Shown: one piece after another, positions 50,899 to 60,707 of the stretch
How positions within the stretch are numbered: the first letter of the stretch is position 1
How the letters are laid out: the number at the start of each line of letters is the position of its first letter
From: Azolla caroliniana
Lineage: Eukaryota > Plantae > Polypodiophyta
Reading direction: 5' to 3'
Assembly (NCBI GenBank): GCA_043228905.1
Contig: JBHGNT010000010.1
Location: 12,958,001 to 13,022,000 of the forward strand
Length of the DNA stretch: 64,000 bases
Position numbers and translations under genes: made by a program
The notes under the pieces: generated by a model
The model's database searches: none
What the model saw: only the letters and a program-made list of their open reading frames with translations
Told to the model about the DNA's origin: nothing

Positions 50899-53800
50899 AC
50901 CTGTATGATAGAACCGAAGGAACCGTGTACCATAGGTAGGAAATTTTGCTTCTCCGACAGCGGACCGTGTACGATAGTCGGCATCACCGGCCGGGAGAAG
51001 ACGAAGGCGGGGGGGAGACTTCGAGCGTGCGGAGTTCTCGGCCCTGACGAGGAAATCAACGGAGCCGTGGAGGCGGTCTCCTTCGACGACACCCTGGGAA
51101 TGCTGGGGAAGGTAGTCGAAGAGGACCCTAACGAAGACCGGACGATACCGGTATGTTCCGAGGAGATGTACGAAGTCATCGCGGACTTTGGTCGGGGGCT
51201 CGAGTCGGATCGGACGGGCCGAGTGAGCACCAAGTACAAGACTGTGGACCGGAAGGTGAGGCCAGTTGCGGCACCCTTACCGGAGGGCAGCGAATCCCGA
51301 ATCAAAGGGGTTGCATCGGACCCCAGCTTACGAGAACTGGCCTGCATAGGACATACCTTCACCAACGAGACGCTCCGGGAGCTGAAGATAGGTGGGGGCG
51401 GGTTCCTACTGCCGGCGGAGGAAGACCGGTTTCGGAGGATGCTCGGAAGGCACGGGAAAGCCTTCGCATTCTCACCGGAAGAAATCGGGTGCGTAGACCG
51501 GACGATCGTGGAGCCGATGGTGATCTTCACGGTACCGCATGTACCGTGGAACCTCAAGCCGATTCCGGTTCCGAGAGCTCACATCCCGAAGTTGATGGAG
51601 CTGTTGAAGCAGAAGGTTGATATGGGCGTACTCGAGCCGTCGAGCGCCCCATATTCAAACCAATGGTTTACCGTACCAAAGAAAAACGGATCGTTGCGCT
51701 TCATTCAGGACCTGCAGCCGGTCAATAGAGTGACTATTCGGAACGCAGGGATCGGACCGACCATAGACGAGTTCGCGGAGGACTTCGCCGGAAGGTCGAT
51801 TTACTCGGTCGGTGATCTATACTCAGGGTACGACCAGTTCCAACTAGCCGTGGAGAGCAGAGACATTACGACGATGCGAACTCCCCTCGGCCTAGTGCGG
51901 ATGTGTACGCTGCCGCAAGGAGGGACCAACTCGGTGGCCCACATGGTGAATGCCATGAACAAGGTTCTGAGGGACTGCATCCCGGACATCACCATGTCGT
52001 TTCTGGATGACATCCCGATCAAGGGATGCCCGGTGGAAGAGAAGGATGAAACGCTCGGGCCGGACGGATGCCGGCGATTCGTGGCGACGCACGTCGACGA
52101 CTGCGAGAAGGTGCTGCAAAGGCTAGAGGATGCAAGGCTCACCTTCTCGGGGGAGAAATCAGCCTTCGGGCAGTCAGAAATCATGGTGGTCGGACACTTA
52201 TGTGGACCCTTTGGCCGGAAACCGTCTCCGGCAAAGGTAGAAGCCATCTCTGCGATGAAGCCCGACTGCAGCTCGGTCACGGAAGTACGAAGATTCTTGG
52301 GAGCATGCGCGTTCTACCACATATGGATCCCACATTACGCACACGTCGCGGAGCCGCTATACGGGTTGCTGAAGAAGGGGCGAAGGTTCGAATGGCTAGA
52401 CGAGCACACGGAGTCGGTCCGGAAGCTGAAGGAGGCTCTTTCGGCAGCACCGGCGCTCCGGAAGGCCGTCTACAAGAAGGGCACCTCAGTGTACATAACG
52501 GTTGACACGAGTCCGACCGGAATCGGGTGGGTCGTCAACCAACAAGGCGAGGACGGCAATCGGTTTCCGATCCGATTCGGCGCGAAAGTCCTCAGCGAGC
52601 GGTAGCGAGGATACGCCCAGGTTAAACGCGAACTCTGGGGTATCGTTTCGGCGGTAAAGGCCGACAAAGATTATCTGATCGGGACAGAAGTGATTATCGA
52701 GACGGATTGCCTGCCAATTCTCGGCATGGTTTCCGGATGCGCGACGCCGGACCTGGCGATGCTCAGGTGGATAGCGTACATCAAGTCCCTGGACCCGGAA
52801 ATACGACACATTTCCGGGAAAGACAACGCCATGGCCGACATGCTTTCGAGGGCGAGGTTCGATGACGAGGGCGGCATGGTTTCGGAGGACGAAGAGGTCG
52901 GCGTGGACTTCTTCGAGGCGGCATACGTAACGACCGACGGGACGAGCACTCCGGCGCTTAACGACTTCGACGCAAGCAAGTACGACGGGGATTGGCTGAA
53001 GATCGGCGGGTTCTTGAGGACAATGGCGCCGGATGCGTCATGGACGAAAGATGAGGCCAACCGGATCCGGAAGAAAGCGTACCGGTTCTTTCTCCGGGAT
53101 GGATATTTGTGGAAGCACCCGAAGAAGAGGAACGGCGTCCCGCTCCGGGTGGTGGCGATGAAGGAAGAACAGGAGGAGCTGCTGGCGGCTTACCACGACA
53201 GCCCTTGGGCTGGACACCGTGGGACGTGGGCCACGTTCGAGAAACTAAAGGGGAAGTACTGGTGGCCGGGATTGTACCGGGACGTGCATCGGTTCGTGAC
53301 GACTTGCGAAAACTGTCAGATGCACTCCGTAGTCCGACACCGGGACGAGCTTCACCCTACGTACCCTCCGACCATCCACTTCAAATGGATGGTAGATCTG
53401 GTGACGATGCCAATGGGGGTAGGACAGATGCGGTATCTGGTCCTAGCACGGGAGGATCTGACGAACCAGGTGGAAGGCCGAGCCCTTCAGAATAAAACGA
53501 CCGCGGCCGTATGTCGGTTCCTAATCGAGGACGTGATATGCCGGTACGGGTGCATCGGGAAGATCGTGGCTGACCGAGGGGAGTTGGATGCCGAAGAAGC
53601 CGCGGAGCTGTTCGACCGGCTGGGAGTCAAGCTCTCGCTCACCTCTGCGTACAATCCGGAGGCAAATGGGAAGGTGGAGCGCGGACACGGGCCGATCGTC
53701 AAGGCGCTGGTTCAGGCATGCGGAGGCCAAGTCGGTAACTGGCCGCGGCTACTACCTTATGCTTTGTGGGCAGACCGGACCACGCACAGTTCGGTAACCG

Positions 53801-54330
53801 GGTACATGCCGACGGAGCTCATGTTCGGCCAGAAGCCGATCATGCCGATGGAACGGACGATATCCTCATGGGCAACGGTCGACTGGAGGGACGAGATGAG
53901 CCGGGAGGAGTTGTTGGCCGCGCGTATACGACAACTCGAGCGGAGACCGGAGGACGTGGAGCTGGCTGCGGAGAAGCTCCGGATGGCGAGGACGAAGAAC
54001 AAAGCCAGGTTCAACCGAACGCACCGGCTCCGACCGAAGAAGGTCGAGGAAGGTGACTGGGTGCTCGTCTACGACAGCAGCCTCGACAACCAGCACCGGG
54101 CTACACGGAAGTTCGTGCGGAGATGGTTTGGGCCGTACGCGGTACAAAGCGCCAACGACAACGGGACGTATCACCTGGCGGAACTTGACGGCACGAGAAT
54201 GGCGATACCCGTGGCTGGAAAGAGGATCAAAGCCTTCAAGAAGCGGCACGACGACGAGCCAGACCCGGTTCTCCTAGACAGCAGCGACGACCGATCCGAG
54301 ACCGAGGAAGAACCGATGGGCGAAGAGTGA
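50833..54330 (+). CDS. ORF2 of F: RT-RNase H-integrase (GPY/F, no chromodomain), -1 frame relative to ORF1; in-frame TAG at 52603-52605
   Basis: Motifs FLDDIP, VDTSPTGIG, ETDCLP, ADMLSR, HHCC, DLV...ADRGE...VERGH and WFGPY. The frame is open from the slippery site at 50833. Confidence 0.9.
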
Positions 54331-54808
54331 AGGCGGGCCGGTTTTCTCCGTCCCAACTTAATTTGGCGCATGCGGGTGGATGCGCGGTTAGGTGGGGGCG
54401 GATGTCGTGAAGAAAACCGTCCAAAGGTGGAATTGGGGCACCAAGGCGTGGAACCGGCTCTTCACGCACATGCGCTGCAAAGCGCCAACGACAACGGGAC
54501 GTATCACCTGGCGGAACTTGACGGCACGAGAATGGCGATACCCATGGCTGGAAAGAGGATCAAAGCCTTCAAGAAGCGGCACGACGACGAGCCAGACCCG
54601 GTTCTCCTAGACAGCAGCGACGACCGATCCGAGACCGAGGAAGAACCGATGGGCGAAGAGTGAAGGCGGGCCGGTTTTCTACGTCCCAACTTAATTTGGC
54701 GCATGCGGGTGGATGCGCGGTTAGGTGGGGGCGGATGTCGTGAAGAAAACCGTCCAAAGGTGGAATTGGGGCACCAAGGCGTGGAACCGGCTCTTCACGC
54801 ACGTGCGC
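54145..54808 (+). repeat. 333-bp tandem duplication of integrase end + PPT + first ~73 bp of LTR in F
   Basis: CAAAGCGCCAACGAC at 54145 and 54478. LTR start TGTCGTGAAG at 54403 and 54736. Confidence 0.95.
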
Positions 54809-57326
54809 GCCAAGTTGTACATAAAGGCGAATTAGGTACCTAGGGGGAGCGTCGAAGCGGTTAGATACGGTAGGTAGAAATTTAATGCGGAACGGCTCCT
54901 TCTGGACCTATAAAAGGAGGAGGACGAGGAAGAAGAAAGGATCGCGCGCAGAGAGGACGAAGTGCTGTCGGGCTGATTCTGGACGCTTCTCTCTCTGTTC
55001 TCCCTCCCCTTTGGTTCCATAGCTTTTCCTCTGCAGGGTTTCGAGGAGGCTCGCGCTGTTTCGAGGAACGCCCGAGAGCTTCCGGCAGCACCTCCGACCT
55101 GCTCCCTTTTGTGCTTCGCAGCGAACAGGCACCGGCATCTGTTCGCCGGCCTGTTCGATTGTAACCGTCCCGTGCCCCATCGCGGGTTGTAGCCTCTTGA
55201 TTAGATATTTTCTTATATATATATATATTTACATATTCATTTGATCGCGTCTACCTGTGTCGGCGTCTATTTGCGTTCTCTGTGTTGAAGGGCCGTGTCC
55301 CTGTGTATCCCCGGTCCTGCGTAACCGGTCCTCTTCTCTTTCTCCACCCTCGCTTGCTCTTCGGTTCAAGACCCCCGCGGTCCCGTCTCGTTTCTATACG
55401 CACTTGCGAAATAATCCCGACACCGTGCTTGGTGTTGATCGGCCATTTTCCCTTCTTATAGAAGTCCATGGACATCAAATTGATTTCTGAACGGTGGTCC
55501 ACCAATGCCACCACTGGTTCATGAACATCTCTGATCTTCACGGGGGTCTCCGTAGTCGCTCTGGCCCAATGCGGCCTCGAATAGTGGCTCTCCGCCAACT
55601 CGTCTTCCAGCGCCATGTCCTCTATGTGTGTCGTCCCGCACCTCCACCGGGTTCTCCGGTTCTGTGTCCGTCGACAACCTCTTCCTCTTCACCAAGTCTA
55701 CGATGGAGTCATGGAACTCCTTCTTGGCAATCCCAAGCACTTCCCTCAGCGACAATTCCATCTTCCAGGACCTTTCGCAGGTCCGTGGATCTTTCGATTT
55801 CTGCGCCCAACCGGTACCCGCCCTTCTTGGGATTATCCTGGGCGCCGAGTACACCGGCCTCATTCCGCCTTTGCCCGAATTGAGTTTCATATCGCTGCGA
55901 GGGCCCGGCCCCTCCGGTTTTCCCTACCCGCTTGTCCTCTACCAGAGCCTCTTAGTTTTGACAAGCGGCTTCGACGAAGCCCGTCTTTTCTTCCACCGGG
56001 TCACTCCACCCGGTTACCTCCCGGACCCATTTTTCCGCGCGGTCCACCTCTTCTTTCCTCAGCCGCGCGCCGTCGAGGCCTTCCAGCATCGTCGGCCAGA
56101 ACCCGGCATTGTTTGTCTTCGGGGCCTCGCCACCTCCGACCCGAATACCAGCTGACGCCGAGTAGTGACCGGTCTCCGCGTGACGAGCCGCCGCCTCCTC
56201 CATCAGCCTTTTCATGTCCCCTCGCCCGACGATCAGGTTCAGGGCCCTTCAGGTCTCGCTGGCGTGCACCCGACCGTTCCACAGGTACACCACATTGCTT
56301 CTCATCGCCTCGGCAAAGTCCCCGCAGTCCTTTCGGATGCGCCCAACCGCGTCACACCACATGCACTTGTTTTCCGCCGGAGGTCGTCGGTCACGGGCCT
56401 GTTCGCCACCATCCCTCCGTGCCTGGGCGATCTGGAGATCCTTTACCATCCGCGTCAGCTCCTCCAGAGATGCTCCCCCAGACGATCCCTTGACCATGCC
56501 GGTTGAGGCCGACCCGGTCTCGAGCCAATCTCGGGTCTCTTCTCTTCGCGTTGGTGGTGTTGGCTCGAGCTTCTTTGCTGCGATAGAGCCCGCCCTTGTC
56601 CATCCTTTGTCAACCCATTCCCGCCGTTTGTCGAAACGGCCACAAACCCTTTTCACCACGACCCAGTCGGCTGTCAGCCCGTCATCAGTCTCCAATAGGA
56701 GGCCTACCTGCTCCCGATCCCGCTTGTCAACCGACTTAACAAACAATAGGAGACGACTTGTGTCCAGAACGGTCCGGTCAAGCACCGAGAGGCGCGCGAA
56801 GCGCTCCTCAAACTCCCGAGGGAGCACTGACGCGTTCCTTCCTTTGTCGGGGGTCTCCACCCACTCCATGAAGTCTCGCTTCGAAAGTCGAAGCGCATCT
56901 TCGAGCCCGTATCTTTCGAGGAGCCGACCTTCGAACTCCTCCCAGGTCCGGCTCTCGGCCCGTACCTCGAGCACCTCCGTATGGATACCTGGCATCGCCA
57001 CTCGAGGGAACCCGGCTAGACGCCTCTCTTCTGGAATGTTCCTCATTACCATCTCAGCCCGGTAGGACGCCAAGTAGCTCGTGGCATCCTTTCCACTAAA
57101 CCGGTCGATCGTACCGACAACCGCCTCGATAGCCCTATCAAGGGCGCCAGTGCCTTCGCGCGCACTCACTATACGGTCTACAGCCGAAGCCATGGCTTCT
57201 GCAAGGTCCGACCCCCTCATCTTCTACTCCTCTACCGCTTGTTCACCAAATATGTCGCGTTGTTACGCACGTGCGTGGAGAACAAGGCGGGACCACTGGG
57301 GTCTTGGACCGAGGAATAGGTGAGAA

Positions 57327-57380
<54 letters not shown>

Positions 57381-59219
57381 GACGCTCACACACGTATAGA
57401 TAGAGAAGTGCACGGGGACGCGGCCCAACAACACAGGAGACACGAGTTGAGAACACTAGCGTATGTATATAAATATGTGCAGATGACTCGAACGGTTACA
57501 GCCGACCAGGTCGGCGAGGTGGATGTCGACGCCTGATCACCCACGCACACAGGAGAGCAAGATGGAGATCCTGCCGGAGGCACACGGGTGTTCCACGGAG
57601 CAAGATCAGCCTCCTGAGAACCTGCGTCAAAGAAACCTATGGAGACCGATAGAGAAGAAGAGCTCCCCCAGTCCGACAACACTTCGTTCCTTTTAGCGCG
57701 CACCCCCTTTCTCTCGCCCCGTCTCCCTCTCCTTTATAGCTCAAGGAGGGAAGCCGTTTCACCCGTTTACATCACATTAATTCTCTGTCCTTTCAGACAG
57801 AGATACTCCTCGATTTCCCTTATAGAATATTGCTACCTAGGATCTAACCTTTGTGCCTACCTATCTACCATACGACAAGGGACGTGCCCACGTGTAAGGG
57901 CTGGTTCACACACATTATACACGGTTTGCACCTGGGGACGGTTTCTCCACAACAACGTGCGGTTTGGTGGGGTTGGATGTCGTGACGATTTTCGGCAATG
58001 GTGTGAAAATCACATAAAACTATAAAAGGATGGAGGTCTTGAAGAGCTTTCAGATGCACTTTACTACATAAGAAACAGACATCTAAGTGTCAACTTATGT
58101 CGGTATGAAGTTTTGCAAAAGAAAAAAAAAGAAAAATGTGAAATATCCCACATAGATAGGAAGGTTAAGGCCCTGGCTATATAAGCACATTGAGATCCCT
58201 TATTTCTCATTTTGCGCTAAGAGCACTTTGGCCACTTTGTCTAGATGGATGAATGTGGCTAAATTCCCAAAAACCGACTGGCAATAAAATGGAATCGGTC
58301 AGTAATGAAACGGGAATCGGCTGGAAATCAATTCGGAATCGGCTGATAAAATGGAAATCAAACCGGAACTGGCCGGTAAACAAACCAGAAACGGGACTAG
58401 TCGGTAAACAATCTTGAACCGGCCAGTAAGCAAACCAGAACCGGCTGAAAAGCAAACTAGAACCGGTCGGTCGACGGCGGATCCGGCGAACCGGCGTCAT
58501 CCGGCGACCGGATAGATATATATAAATAAATAAATGTATACATATATATATATACACAAGGTGTGCAAGTGTGGATTGGAACCTTGCACCTCCAAGTTGA
58601 GAGTCTATAGGCTTACCACTAAGCCAAAAAAATTTCATGAAATAATATTTTTGTCTTTATAGTTTTACATGTAAATTCTCATACATGAGACCTTAAATGA
58701 GTGACATGGTTATCATGCACCACATGTAATACATGAGCGCCAAATGGCAAACATACATTTTATGCATGTCTTGTACCCTCAAATGCATGAGGGCATCTAT
58801 AAAAGAGGGGAGGAAAAAGATGAAAGACTAATGTAAATTTTTGGGAAGCTTTGTACTTGATATCAGAACTAAAATTAAAAGTAAGAAATTCGTTATCCAA
58901 TTGATGATATATCTAGTCTCTCAAAATCTCTCTCTCAATCTAAAATAAAGTGTTCTATCTTATCTTAATCTCTCTCTTTCAATCTATCTTAAATCCTTTC
59001 TCGCTAAAGCTAGCACCAACTTTGAGTCCTTCCGGTCTAGAACCTCGATGGTTCTGCCTCACGATCCGTGCGTAGTGACAGATCTTCACGACAACGCTAA
59101 GTATTGTTGAGATTTAGTCGTTGCAAGGCAAAAGTGAGCACCGCGATTCTCGCTGATTACGATCATCCTACGGACCACGAAACAACTGTTGCCACACAAA
59201 AAAAACAAATTTCCCTCTC

Positions 59220-60552
59220 AAAGTTCGTTGAAAGATCAAGCTCAACAAGAGAACATCCTTCGATGAAAGAACAAAGTTTGCCAAACCCTCACCTTTCGAC
59301 GAACCCACATCCTTTGACGAAAGATCAAAGTTCGACGAAACCATATCTTTCAACGAAAGGTGAAAGTTTGCCAAACCCTCAACTTTCGGCTAACCCACAT
59401 CCTTCGACGAAAGATCAAAATTCAACCCACATCTTTCGACAAAAAGGTCAAAGTTTGCCAAACCCACAAAGTTCGACGAAAGGTCAAAGTTTGTCAAACC
59501 CTCATCTTTTGACGAACCCACATCTTTCGACAAAAGATCATCTGTCATGGAACCCACATCCTTCGATGAGAGATCAAAGTTCGATGAACCCAAAACATTC
59601 GACGAAATAGCAAAGGTTGCCAAAGCCTCATGTTTCGGCAAACCCACATCCTTCGATGAAAGATCAAAGTTCAATGAACACATGTCTTTCGACGAAAGGT
59701 CAAAGTTTTCCAAACCTTCATCTTTCAATGAACTCACATCCTTTGACGAAAGATCAAAGTTCAACGAACCCACATCCTTCAACGAAAGATCAAAGTTCGA
59801 CGAAACCACATCTTTCGACGAAAGATCAAAATTCGATGAACCCATATTTTTTGACGAATGGTAAAGTTTGTCAAACCCACTAAGTTCGACAAAAGGTCAA
59901 AGTTTGTCGAACCCACATCTTTCGACAAACCCACATCTTTCGATGAACCCACATCCTTCGACGAAAGATCAAAGTTCGATGAACCCACATCTTTCGACGA
60001 AAGATCATCTTTCGACGAACCCACATCCTTCGATGAAAGATCAAAGTTCGACGTACCCACATCTTTCGATGAAATGTCAAATTTGCCAAAACCTCATCTT
60101 TTGACAAACCCACATCCTTCGACGAACCCATGTCTTTCGACGAAAGGTCAAAGTTTGCCAAACCCTCAGCTTTCAACAAACTCACATCCTTCGACGAAAG
60201 ATCAATGTTCGACGAACCCGCATCCTTCGACGAAAGATCAAAGTTCGACGAAACCACATCTTTCGAAGAAAGGTCAGAGTTTGCCAAACCCTCATCTTTC
60301 GATGAACCCACATCCTTTGAGGAAAGAAAGTTCGACGAACCCACATCCTTCAATGAAAGATTAAAGTTCGACGAAACCAAATCTTTCAACAAAAGGTCAG
60401 AGTTTGCCAAACCCTCAGCGTTCGACGAACCCACATCGTTCAACAAAAGATCAAAGTTCGACCAACCCACATCTTTCGACGAAACGTCAAAGTTTGCCAA
60501 ACCCACAAAGTTCGATGAAAGATCATCTTTCGATGAACCCACAAAGCTTGAC
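59220..60552 (+). repeat. 18-bp-unit compound minisatellite (encodes FDEPTS/FDERSK/FAKPSS hexapeptides)
   Basis: Interspersed units TTCGACGAACCCACATCC, TTCGACGAAAGATCAAAG and TTTGCCAAACCCTCATCT. Confidence 0.92.
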
Positions 60553-60707
60553 AAGAGTACATGGCCGGATCCTCATGGACGGAGATGTTCTAAACCCGAC
60601 CCACAGACCAGGAGGACTCCACACAAACCAAACAAACACACAATGCTGACCAATCTAACCCAGCTCGATACCACGAAGGCTGGTTAACCCCGGGGACGTT
60701 ACCAAAC

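Larger units (their letters stand above)
47986..55422 (+). mobile_element. Element F: near-intact Trp-primed Ty3/gypsy nested in the protease of E
   Basis: 687-bp LTRs at 47986-48672 and 54736-55422 (5 differences seen). TSD CCGT. PBS at 48676-48693 and PPT GGTGGGGGCGGA. Only two in-frame TAGs disrupt the coding regions. Confidence 0.97.
43384..57954 (-). mobile_element. Element E: Trp-primed-family Ty3/gypsy nested in D, host of F
   Basis: LTRs at 43384-44084 and 57253-57954 with (GA)n tracts. TSD ACGT (43380-43383 and 57955-57958). PBS partly deleted (TGGTGAAC). gag from 57220 to ~55430, PR split by F, and pol from ~47680 to 44161 with frameshifts and a 36-bp tandem duplication at ~45609-45680. 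Confidence 0.95.
36349..59093 (+). mobile_element. Element D: old Trp-primed Ty3/gypsy, host of nested insertions
   Basis: LTRs at ~36349-37348 (5' ~80 bp missing) and 57978-59093. PBS Trp at 37357-37374. gag-PR at 37420-40206 and RT-RH-INT at 40197-43330, with stops and a ~350-bp in-frame deletion at ~41726. Its 3' UTR/PPT is split by element E. Confidence 0.92.

Noticed and set aside
50120-52605. Programmed stop-codon readthrough at the two TAGs in F
   Set aside because: D and E have Tyr codons at the first site. The second lies inside RNase H and is most simply a CAG->TAG transition. Both look like copy-specific nonsense mutations.
24822-54475. Common breakpoint ~73-82 bp into the LTR (C and D 5' truncations, F duplication)
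   Set aside because: Only three events in unrelated LTR sequences with no shared junction motif, so coincidence cannot be excluded.
59220-60552. CRISPR-like array
   Set aside because: Units are contiguous with no unique spacers, there are no cas genes, and the context is eukaryotic TE DNA.
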